This document shows, piece after piece, positions 48,968-60,008 of a DNA stretch of 64,000 nt (within the stretch, counting starts at the first letter, position 1; each line of letters starts with the position of its first letter). This DNA is from Azolla caroliniana (Eukaryota; Plantae; Polypodiophyta), in NCBI GenBank assembly GCA_043228905.1, contig JBHGNT010000015.1, positions 8,060,001 to 8,124,000 of the forward strand, written 5' to 3'. The translations under genes were made by a program, and so were the position numbers. A model generated the notes under the pieces. The model worked only from the letters and a program-made list of their open reading frames with translations. It searched no databases and had not been told where the DNA came from.

Positions 48968-51191
48968 CAAGGGGAACATTTGGGTCATCTACGACTTTGT
49001 TTGGAACACTGTCGTACGTCACGCCTTAGTCTTAATCCAGCGAAATGTGCATTTGGTGTCACCAGTGGAGCACTCCTTGGACATATAGTAAGCAAGGAGG
49101 GGATAGCAGTAGACCCTAACAAAATCACAACAATCATTGAAGCGAAGACCCCGACTAATGCCAAAGCCCTTAGCCGCTTCTTAGGGCAAATACGCAAGCA
49201 CAACCGTATGTTACGATACTTGGCGGATTTTGCGACTCCATTTCACACCGCCGTACATCGTAGTTCATTTCAAGTGGACGGCAATAGAAGACAAAGTGTA
49301 CGAGGCACTAAAGATAATGCTAACCCAAGCACCAGTCGTACAACCACCAGATTGGACGAAATCTTTTCACGTATTTGTAGATGCCTCAAATATCGCAATA
49401 GGCAATGCATTGATGTAGCTCACAGAGCCTAATTGGTACCGACTGGTTTATTATGCCAGTCGTAAGTTATCAGATGCCGAACGGAACTACTCCACGACCG
49501 AGCGTGAGGCCTTGGGTATGATCTACAACATCAACAAATTCCGGCATTATATACTCGGGCAGAAATTTATGTTTCACGTAGACCACGAGACATTACTCTA
49601 CCTAGTCGAGAAGCAGACGTTGACAGGGAAGCTGGCCAGATGGATGTTGTTGCTCCAAGAGTTCGATTTCGTGAGTTAACATTGGCCGGGTACGCAACAT
49701 GCCGTAGCTGATTTCTTAAGCAGAGTAGATAACGGTGATAACGTGTTGCGACAAGATGATGACTTTCCCAACGCTGATATTCTACGGATCACGACCACGA
49801 CATCATGAGAAGAAAAGAATTATCCGGATCGTTGGCTAATGGAGATGACTTACTTTTTGACCACGTGGCTGCCACCACCACAACTACGGACGGACGAAAA
49901 GAAAAGGACTGGCAGTCCGGAGTCGTAACTTTTGTTTGGTCGAAGGCGTACTCTACCATAAAGGTAGCGATGGAATTTGGCGGTGCGGAATACGACAAGA
50001 TGAGAAGGAAGCCTTACTACGTGAAGCTCATTGTGGTATGGCCAATGGACATTATGCAGGTGATGTTACGGTTAGAAAAGTATGGCAAGCGGGTCTCTGG
50101 TGGCCAACTACGCAAAAGGACGCGTATCAATACTGTAAACAATGTGATATGTGTCAATGCTTGGGGCAACCTACTGAGCTCGCAAGAATGCCTCACCAAC
50201 TAGTACTCCCACTTGACCCGTTCCAAAAATGGGGCCTCAATTTTGTCGGTCCCTTTACGCCGGCAACAACACGGATAGGCAACAAATACATCCTTGTGGC
50301 CATAGATTACTGCACAAAGTGGGTAGAAGACAAACCTTTATGGGACAATACTGTGACGTCCACGACAAGATTCCTCTATGAACACATTTGGTGCCATTTT
50401 GGTTGCCCAATAGAGCTCATAAGCGACCAAGGAAGCCATTTCTTGAATTCGGTCATCCACGAACTCACGCACTGTTACGCCATAGTACACAAGAAGAGTA
50501 CGCCATATTACCCATAGGCAAATGGGTTAGCAAAATTCACAAACAAGACACTACAGACTATCTTGAAAAAGACAATGAATGAGAATAGAACAGATTGGGA
50601 AACAAAGCTACACAATGCTTTGTGGGGGTACCGAACGAGTTACAAAACGAGTATACAGTCCACGCCTTTTCGGCTAGTGTTTGGGTTAGAGGCTGTAATG
50701 CCCATCGAATTCCAGGTGCCCAGCTTGCGGATTCAAGTACGCGACAAACTGTCAGAAGGCCAGTCTGAGCAGATCCGGCTGCAACAACTTCTCGAACTAG
50801 ACGAAGCTCGGGTCCGCAGCATGGCCATATTGGAACAAGAGTAGTGACGGTGTAAGATGTTCGTAGATCGACATCGGGGCACACGAGAGAAAGACTTCAG
50901 GGTTGGGAAAGCTATATTGGTCTTTCAAACACGCATGGGGCCAATGCCAGGAAAGTTACGATTCTGCTAGATAGGGCCGTACTAGATAATTGGAGCGGAA
51001 AATGGGACCTTTCAGGTAGGTACCCTCGCCGGCGAAGTATTACGCCAAAAAGTGAACGGATTCTGATTGAAGCCTTACCTGGGATCTACAGTCCCAAACC
51101 TGTTTCACGCTGTAACGGACACGACAAATGGATCCCACACTAACCAGTAGCCGGGACCCACTTGTAACAATAATGTTGTACTTTACCGTTG

Positions 51192-51254
51192 AAAAAAGAA
51201 AAGAAAAGAGAAGAAAAGAAAAGAAAAGAAAAGAAAAGAAAAGAAAAGAGAGAA
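51192..51254. repeat. (AAAAG)n purine tract between pol and the extra ORF of D2
   Basis: aaaaaagaaaagaaaagagaagaaaagaaaag... Confidence 0.9.
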
Positions 51255-53036
51255 GATATTTACGACTATTAAAAGGACGTTATCCATGCACAAATCCTAA
51301 AACCAAGAACACACGTCGCCACGATGTCACACAGACCTATGAACCCTAAGGCACAAAAAGAAGGAAACAGAAGGTTTTCTGCACATTACAGAAAACAGCC
51401 TCCAGCCTTCTACTCTCCTCGGTCTCCTCGGTCTCCTGCATACCACAGGCATCACGTGCTTCACCCGTTCAACACTCTCCGCACAAACCCTGTCCACCCA
51501 CGATGCCGATCACCATTTAGGCAGCTTTGTGCAAGTGGCTCCTGGAAAAAGGTTTTGAGGGGTACATTCGTGTAGTAGAAGTGCCACCGCACTCGGATGC
51601 CCAAGACATTGCCAAGAAGCTCAACATCGACATGGTGACAAATGCAAGTATCTAGAAGAAGTTGTGTATGTCTGCAACAGGCGAGAAGCACTTTGAAATT
51701 TCTCCATCTGACGAACTACAAAAGTATTTTGGAGCATATTCGACATCTGCCAAGGTGTACAGAACAAAGAAACTTCCGAATCCATTTTTTTGGGAGATTG
51801 CAAAGTTCCTGTTGGAAGTCGGATGCGTACATGTTAATGCCTACGGGATGCCGAAACAGAAGGCAAGCATTATCATCGACACATTCGAAGGTCGTGCAAA
51901 AGATTGGGGAGTAATTACGGGACCGACGCTGTGAGAAGGACTACACGCATACCAAGCTAGAAAAAAGCTAAGGCCAATCATTCAGTACCTTACAATACTG
52001 TTTCCACCGCACAGACTCCTTGTCCCACCGACTAGCAAACCTACGCCCCCGCCACGATCAACGAACGGTGGCTAGTGGAATTGGCAACCACGAAATGGGA
52101 AGAAGAACCACAACCTTTCCACCATGTTGTGGAGCCAACGCAGCCGGAGCAACCAACAGAGACCGTCGAAGCACCGGCAACAATGGGTGAGCAGGAATCA
52201 GAACACAACCGCGGAAGCCCAAGGCCTAAGTGTTGTAGGCTGGATCGGAAGGATGGGTCCAGACTGGTAAAAGATTCAGCCGCACCAGTCGAAACTTCCA
52301 CCCCCACGGAACCCACAACTACATTCGAGATAATCCGTGAGCCACAACCCATCATTACGGCTCAGTCTCAACGTGGCAAAGGAGTGCTCACAGCAGAAAG
52401 CAAAGTCCTGAAATATCCGGACATTCCGGATACAACCCATTATTTCGGTGCACTATTGCAGTTTGGAACGACATACGAACTCATGGAGTTCTTGGTGACA
52501 CGGCAGATCAAGGTGTCCGAGAGAATGGCCAAGGAGCACATTGAACAACAAATGGTTGAGCGTGTGCTGACAAGAACTGCGGAAAGCGAAGATGAGGGGC
52601 CCCTTGGCAAGGTAGGCAGGGAGCGTAACGCGGGAATTCGTCGTATGGGCATTGAATTACCCCCATTAAATGCGCCCCTAATCGAGGTGCACAGAGAATT
52701 GACGAGAGTCAGTGTGGGCGCCAAGGATATGGCTATTAAAAATAAAAATATATGGAAGAAAGTCAAGCTGACTCAAGACCAACTACAGAAGGCAGAAGAG
52801 CGCATTGCGCAATTAGCAAGCAACACGACTACAACACAACATATCCCCGGACCTACCCCCAATGATAACGAGTTGAACACTTTATGGGCGGAGGTTGAAG
52901 CTCAAACCGCCATAGCCGCAAAAGCGAAAAGGGCTACGTAGTTAGCCGAGACTAAGATCGATCGATTCCGTGCAGAACTTCGCTAGTCATCAGACAGAGA
53001 AGCGAATATCAGGGCCAAAGGACGAAGGGTGGCCAA

Positions 53037-53389
53037 TGTCACGGATCATAAACTCAAGAGACAACGAAGAAGATAACCAAATGGACAAGAAAGAAGATAG
53101 TACTAAAGGAAAGACTCCATAACTGGTGTTGTTCACCTTGAATTCCTTCAAGGTGAACTCCTCTATTTATACTACATGGCATGCATACTTGTTGCACGCA
53201 TGTGAATCTACAATAGAGCATGTAGGTATGCATGCATGTGCCAAGTGTAAATACTACAAGGGAGCAACTATGCACATGATGCTAGCAAAATAATAAGGAC
53301 CAATTACATACATAACTAGTACTAGATATCTTGGTTAACTCATAATAGTAGATTATAACATGGTCGTGTCAAGAGTTCGAATCTTGACA
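53037..53389 (-). repeat. 3' LTR of H
   Basis: Direct repeat of 57977-58329. Confidence 0.96.
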
Positions 53390-56300
53390 TTATCCCCCTT
53401 CTTACGCCGCCGCCTTCCCAAATCGGCCGCTGGTTTGTGGGGATATCGGTGATGAAAATCTTGGACGACCTCTGGGGCATTTTGTAAATTTGCCGATGGT
53501 TCCCATGTGGCCTCAGACATGGGGTAACCCCTCCATAGGACGAGGTATTGCAAGTGTCGACGGTGCCAACACGAGTCAAGGATTTGGTCGACCTCGTATT
53601 CCTCCCCTGTCGTCAATTGCACAGGTGGTGGTGGTGGGGCTTGACGTCCTGGGAGTTGTGAAGCATAATGGGGTTCGAGGAGGGAGACATGAAAAACATC
53701 GTGAATCCGGAAGTGGGATGGATGGGCGAGCCGGAAGGCGACGGGATTGATGCACTCGATGATACGGAATGGTCCCAACTTCTTATAATCAAGTTTCGCA
53801 CATGGACGAGTAGTAGAGATGTGTCGACGTAACAACCAGACCATGTCTCCAACGACAAAGTGTGGAGTGGAAGATCGATGGCGATCAGCCTGCTTCTTGT
53901 ATTGTTCATTAGCAAGACTAAGCTCCAAGGATAAATCATGATGTACTTCTTCCAAAATGCGGGCACGATCCTCCGCCGAAGGGTTCACGGAAGTGGTAGG
54001 AAGGGAAATGTTGAAGCGAGGATGTAAACCGTAGTTGGCAAAGAAGGGAGTGACGCCAGTCGATGCATGGAGAGAATTATTGTAGGCGAATTCTGCGAGC
54101 GAAAGTAAGTTGACCCAATCATCTTGTTGGTAACTAACCGAGCACCGAAGATACTGCTCAAGGATTTGGTTGACACGCTCCGTTTGCCCGTCAGTTTGGG
54201 GGTGATAAGCGGAGGACAACTTGACAGAGATGCCTAAAGTTTGTAGCAGGCGCTGCCAGAAGTGAGAGACAAACTGGGGTCCGCGATCCGAGATGACATC
54301 ATCGGGGAGTCCATGCAAGCGTACTACATTGTTGAGTAGGAGATGCACCATTCCTTCTCCGGAAATGGTTTTGGAGCATGGAGTGAAGTGAGCCATCTTC
54401 GTAAACCGATCGACAATGACCAACACCGAGTCATAGCTATTGACCAAGGGTAGATCAGTTATCAGGTCCATAGAGATAGAGGCCCAAGGACGACGAGGAC
54501 ATGGAAGCGGCTGTAGTAAGCCGTATGGCCGATGATGAATGGCTTTGGAGCGAGCACAAACCTCACAACTCTTTATGTATTCTTTGACCAGCTTCCATGG
54601 TTGTGGCCACCAATACCCCCGAGAGATTAGCTCGAGGGTTTTCGCGACCCCGAAATGACCTGCAAGTGGGTCATCGTGGCATTCCCGCAACACCCGGGTG
54701 CGACATGGGCCCTCTAGGACGTATAAGAGATGATCTCGGAACAACAAACCCTCTTGTATGGTGAAGGTGTCAAGATCCTTCCTTTTGGTCGCCTTGGAGG
54801 GGTTTTGCATACTATCTCGAATCTCGTTGGCGAACGCATCGGTCTTGGATGCATCAGTGATTTGTTGGAGTAAAGAATCATCCTGCAACATACAAGTGGC
54901 AAGCAGATGCAATTGGTCGGGTTTCAACAAACGTCTAGATTGTTGAGCATAAGCAACATCCCCAGGGCGGAGTGCAAGGTTAGCTCGGCGAGAAAGGGCA
55001 TCAGCCTTCCGATGTTGGCCACCAGGTCGAAATACGATCTCAAAATCGTAGTCGGCGAGAAATGTAGACCAACGGGCCTGCCTTCGATTCAAAGTACGAG
55101 TGGTGGAAAAATAAACTAAATTTTTATGATCAGTCACTACTTGGACACGATGTTGTGCGCCGGCCAAGTAGGGTCGCCATTCTTCAAAGGCAGCAATGAT
55201 AGCAGCAAGCTCCTTGTCGTAAATGGGATAATTGATTTCGGATGCCGTAAATTTTCGGGAATAGTAAGCCACTGGGTGCATTAGGTTGTTGTCGTCTGGT
55301 TGGGATAAGATGGCGCCAATGGCAAAGTCAGAGGCATCGGTTTCGACTTGGAAGGGTTTTGTGGGGTCGGCATGTAGCAGCACCGGGGCAGTGATGAATG
55401 CATGTTTGAGTGAGTCGAACACAGTTTGTGCCTCCGAGGTCCATAAAAATGGAGTGCCTTTATGGGTGAGAGCGATAAGAGGTTGTGCTAGGGTGGAAAA
55501 CCCCTTGATGAAGCGACGGTAAAAATTCGCGAAGCCGAGGAGGGATTGCACATCTTTAAGTCGCCTTGGAGTCGCCCACGCCTGAATGACAGAGACCTTC
55601 TTCATATCCATGGTGATGCCAGTGGGCGAGATGATGTAGCCCAGAAATTCGATCGAGGTACGGTCGAACTCGCATTTCTCGCCTTTGGCATAAAGGCCAT
55701 GCTCGCGAAGTTTGGCCAGAACTAATCGGACTTGGCGAGTGTGCTCCTCCATGTTTGGCGAGAAAATGAGAATATCATCGAGGTAAATGACAACAAAAAG
55801 ATCAAGATATTCCCAGAAAATATCGTTCATCATATGTTAAAAAACTGCGGGAGCGTTAGTAAGACCAAAAGGCATTACCTTGTATTCAAAATGCCCATAC
55901 CGTGTTCGAAATGCGGTTTTCCATTCATCCCCCGGCTTGATGCGTACTAGATTGTACGCGCCACGCAGATCAACTTTGGAGAAGACACGCGCAACTCGGA
56001 GCCGATCAAGGAGTTCGGGGATCAGAGGTAGCGGATAACGGTTGCGCACAGTGAGTTTGTTGAGACCTCGGTAGTCGACGCATAAGCGTAGAGAGCCGTC
56101 CTTCTTCTTCACAAATAAAATGGGGGCCCCGGCTGGTGACTTAGAAGGTTGAATAAAGCCTTTCTCGAGGTTCTCATCAAGATACACACGAAGGGCCTTC
56201 AACTCTGGTGCAGACAACGCATATAGAGGACCAAAGGGTGGACACGCACCTTCTTGAAGATCAATCAGACAGTCGTAGAGCCGGTGTTCAGGCAACCGAT

Positions 56301-56931
56301 CAGCATTACATTTTTCAAATACGTCGGAGAAGTGTTGGTATTTTTCGGGAATAACATGGAGTGTGTTAGAAATGGCGCCACAAACAAACCCATCCTGGAC
56401 GGATGATGGGGTAGTCAATTCGGAGTCGACCGTCTCCGAAGGATAGGAAACTGAATTTACCTTCATACTTTTGCACGAGCATCTTGGCTTGCTAAATGTG
56501 ATCGAGCGGTTGCACCAATCCACTATTGGATTGTGCGCCTCCAACCACGTTAGTCCTAAGACGATCGGATGTCGAGGAGATGCGATGAGGTAAAAGGTGA
56601 GCTCCTCTTGGTGTGAGCCCACCCGAAGCCCTAATGGGATTGTAGCTTGAGTAATTGCACCTGACGAGAGGACGCACCCGTCGATGGCTTCAACTGGAAT
56701 GGGTTTTGAGAGGCCAACGACAGGTACGCCATGTGCTTGGGCAAATGCGACGTCGATGAAGCAAGAAGATGCCCCAGAATCAAGTAAAGCAACAGATTGA
56801 ATGGAACTAGAGTTAAACGAAAGCCATACCTCCAATGTGAAATTGCCTGATGGTCCGGCAATGGAACCAAGAGAATGTGGGCGACGGGAGATGTCCAGTT
56901 GCATGGCTCCTACTGCAACCGAACGATGTCG
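53353..56931 (-). CDS. H pol (PR-RT-RH-INT-chromodomain), one premature TAA at 55837-55839
   Basis: [71 protein letters not shown]...YLVLWRGY...ATWEP. Confidence 0.93.
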
Positions 56932-57926
56932 TTTTCCGGATGTTGGGGTCCGGTAGATCTATGGAATTGTGGGCGAGTACTCCTAGGACAATGGCGAACG
57001 ACATGACCGGAGGTGCCACAATACATGCACAAGCCATTAGCCCGCCGAAATTTTCGTTCAACATCAGTCAATGGCCGAAATCGGGCTTGATCAATTTCCA
57101 TGGGGACAGGAACATCTGCCGAAGTAGGCGAGTGTGAGGATGCTTGGGGTTGTATGACCGGGGCGTGGCGTGGAAGTGAATGAGGTGGAACCCAAGTCCG
57201 GCACTCTTCTTGGCGAAATTCGAAAAGACGATTGTCACAATGGACTGCTTGTGAAATCGCTTGGGATAACGAGGTGGGCTCCTGAAAGTTTAAGAGAAGA
57301 TTCTTGACATTGCTTCGAAGACCGCGCCGAAAGTGATCAGCTAAAGCTTGATCATCCCAATTGACGTCGCATGCTAGTTGTCGAAATTCGGAAGCATAGA
57401 CCGAAGCTGCACGTGAACCTTGTTCGAGTGCATAAATCTTGTTAAGAGCTGTACGTCGTCGGTCCGTCTCTCCAAATGTGGCCTCTAACTCGGCGAGGAA
57501 GGCGGGAAAGTCCTCCAATAAAGGTGATGAGGTTTCTACCAATGGTGCAAACCAAGCTTGGGCCGGACCGGAGAGAAGGGTGCCCACAAGGCCGACTTGT
57601 CGAAGACCATCTCCATAACGTTGAGGTTGTAGCCGAATGATAAGTCGAACTTGGTTGATGAACCCTCGGAAACGCGACCTCGTTCCATCAAATTTTTCTG
57701 GGAGGCTAACCTTAGGCTCAAGAAATTGTGACGAAGCTAGGCTAGATGTTGGTAGAAGATCGGGCTCTAGGCTAGGTTGTTGTGGGAGACTAGGGTTTGG
57801 GGGTTGTGAGGATAGGGAGGTACCGACTTGAAGTTCTTGTAAAGAATTTCGAAGAGCTTCATTTTCAAGCTGTAGTTGTCGTAAGGCTACCATTATTTGG
57901 CCTAACTCACTAGTTGAGTCGGACAT
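56910..57926 (-). CDS. H gag, 338 aa (PEG10/sushi-like)
   Basis: [35 protein letters not shown]; open frame. Confidence 0.92.
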   Translation of the reverse strand: MSDSTSELGQIMVALRQLQLENEALRNSLQELQVGTSLSSQPPNPSLPQQPSLEPDLLPTSSLASSQFLEPKVSLPEKFDGTRSRFRGFINQVRLIIRLQPQRYGDGLRQVGLVGTLLSGPAQAWFAPLVETSSPLLEDFPAFLAELEATFGETDRRRTALNKIYALEQGSRAASVYASEFRQLACDVNWDDQALADHFRRGLRSNVKNLLLNFQEPTSLSQAISQAVHCDNRLFEFRQEECRTWVPPHSLPRHAPVIQPQASSHSPTSADVPVPMEIDQARFRPLTDVERKFRRANGLCMYCGTSGHVVRHCPRSTRPQFHRSTGPQHPENDIVRLQ

Positions 57927-57976
57927 AGCTATGGCTTATGAGAGGGAGAGCTATGAGGATGGGAAGGTGAACAAAC

Positions 57977-58329
57977 TGTCATGGATCATAAACTCAAGAG
58001 ACAACGAAGAAGATAACCAAATGGACAAGAAAGAAGATAGTACTAAAGGAAAGACTCCATAACTGGTGTTGTTCACCTTGAATTCCTTCAAGGTGAACTC
58101 CTCTATTTATACTACATGGCATGCATACTTGTTGCACGCATGTGAATCTACAATAGAGCATGTAGGTATGCATGCATGTGCCAAGTGTAAATACTACAAG
58201 GGAGCAACTATGCACATGATGCTAGCAAAATAATAAGGACCAATTACATACATAACTAGTACTAGATATCTTGGTTAACTCATAATAGTAGATTATAACA
58301 TGGTCATGTCAAGAGTTCGAATCTTGACA
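57977..58329 (-). repeat. 5' LTR of H
   Basis: TATAAATA at 58111-58104 on the minus strand. Confidence 0.96.
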
Positions 58330-60008
58330 GCCAAAGCACTTGAGGATAAGCTCGACGCAGAGATAGTAGCCCATACCGACACAAAAAAAGAAAAGAGAAA
58401 GCTGCAGGAGGAAGCAAAGAAGACAGAGGCCGTCATTACGGGGCTTTGAGCGTTACTAGAAAGGAAGAAAGGTGGTACGATGAACAAATCGTGCGTGAAC
58501 GTGAATAGATGCATCATGTAGAAATCCGCCTGAACAATGAAATGGGATGGCTCGAAGAACTACACCTAAAGGAGTCCTAGATATGGGCAAAGATGAAGAG
58601 CTCCTATGAGGAAGCAACGACAACCAATAAGCGTAAAATTGAAAACCTCAAGAAGGCCCTGGACGAAGCGCAAGCCCGCTCCCAAACGCTAACAGACAAT
58701 GTATGCATCGTGAGTGGTTTACAACGCAGTTGAAAGTAGTTAGACAAAGGATGGGCGGCATGGGCTATGCAAGCAGCGGAATTGCACAACTATCTGGCAG
58801 ACTGGAAAAACCACCACAAAGAGGGTAGAGGCTTTTACAAGCTAAATGAGGAAAGCATTGTGGCAGTACGAGAGGACCTCGCACATGATTATCAAACACT
58901 AGTTGATCAAAACTCCGAAGAACTCACGTAGCTGCTAGAAGATTTCGGGGAAAGTTAGGAAGACATCTTCCACCAGCTAATGGAGCTTGGCAGCAAGAGC
59001 CAGAGGGTGGAGGAATTGAAAAGGGTGGAAGAATTAACAGTACCAGACAGCAACTCCACCGAACAAAACGAGCCCCAACCTTACCCAAATGATGGACTTG
59101 AGGTAAGAACAACGCCGAGAAATCCCTCGGAGGACAGAGGCACAGAAGAGCAACGACCCGACGACGGCTGACGCCACAAGGAGCCATCACCGGACCCACA
59201 AAGGCAAGTCCCGGATAGCGTTCCAACTGAATCAGCCCCGAGCACGCTGCATGAAGAGGACAACACGAAAACGACACGCCTGAGGTAACAACTACACCGA
59301 TCAATGCCACGGACGATACGAGTGGAGAAGATCAGTGCCCAGACACCTGCCCACGCTAGGAAGAGCCACAAGGAAATGTACCGGAAAATGTACCAACCGA
59401 GCCCACCACAACGACGCCACGTGAAGAAGTCAACGCGAAGACTGACGCGCCAGCCTAGCAGAACAATGGAACACCCACTCACATCACGCCACCTCCGGTA
59501 AATGATGAACGACCAGGCCGAACATTCTCGACATTTTGGATGATGAATAGAAAGAGGATGGGTTAGACATGCCACGACACCGTCCCACAGGCGTGCCAAG
59601 TGTTGTCCGCCGGAATTGAAACCAATGGCCATAACGCATTGTAAATAGATTAGTATATTAGGGGCGTTAAAGAAATGCATGTAATGGTTCGCGTAGGAAG
59701 TGTAACCGATTAGAAGCCCTGTGTATGTAAAGGGTGAAAGAACACTGTAAACAACTAGCGTATAGTAAGAGCGTTGTTTGAATATAGTTTTATCTTCTCT
59801 AATCTTGGTATTCTATCTATTGGTCTCTTGTTTTTGTGTCTCGTTCTCTGTACAAGACTGTGTTGTAGTAAATACAAGGTAAGTACACGTTGGGTAACTA
59901 CGCTCCTATGGAGGTTTGGTTGTAGCCGTCCCCCCTTACGCCTTACAAACCACACACTATTCCCTTGCACCACGATCACCTTGTAAGCTACCCCGACGGA
60001 TTGAGGAT

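Larger units (their letters stand above)
53037..58329 (-). mobile_element. Chromovirus H (Tcn1/Tf1-sushi-like), recent and near intact
   Basis: 353-bp LTRs at 53037-53389 and 57977-58329 (2 mismatches); TSD GCCAA; PPT aagaaggggga next to 53390; no tRNA PBS. Confidence 0.96.
51324..59550 (+). pseudogene. D2 extra ORF (degenerate, split by H at 53037-58329)
   Basis: YFGAYSTSAKVYRT...FWEIAKFLLEVG...ASIIIDTFEG...DW and YKLNEESIVAVREDL align with the C extra ORF. Start and end approximate. Confidence 0.65.
48968..60008 (+). mobile_element. Gypsy D2 3' half (RT end, RH, INT, extra ORF, 3' LTR from 59601); interrupted by H and by G
   Basis: LSLNPAKCAFG...integrase to ~51150; extra ORF fragments; LTR start TGTTGTCCGCCGG resembles that of C and follows the same upstream motif. 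Confidence 0.82.
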
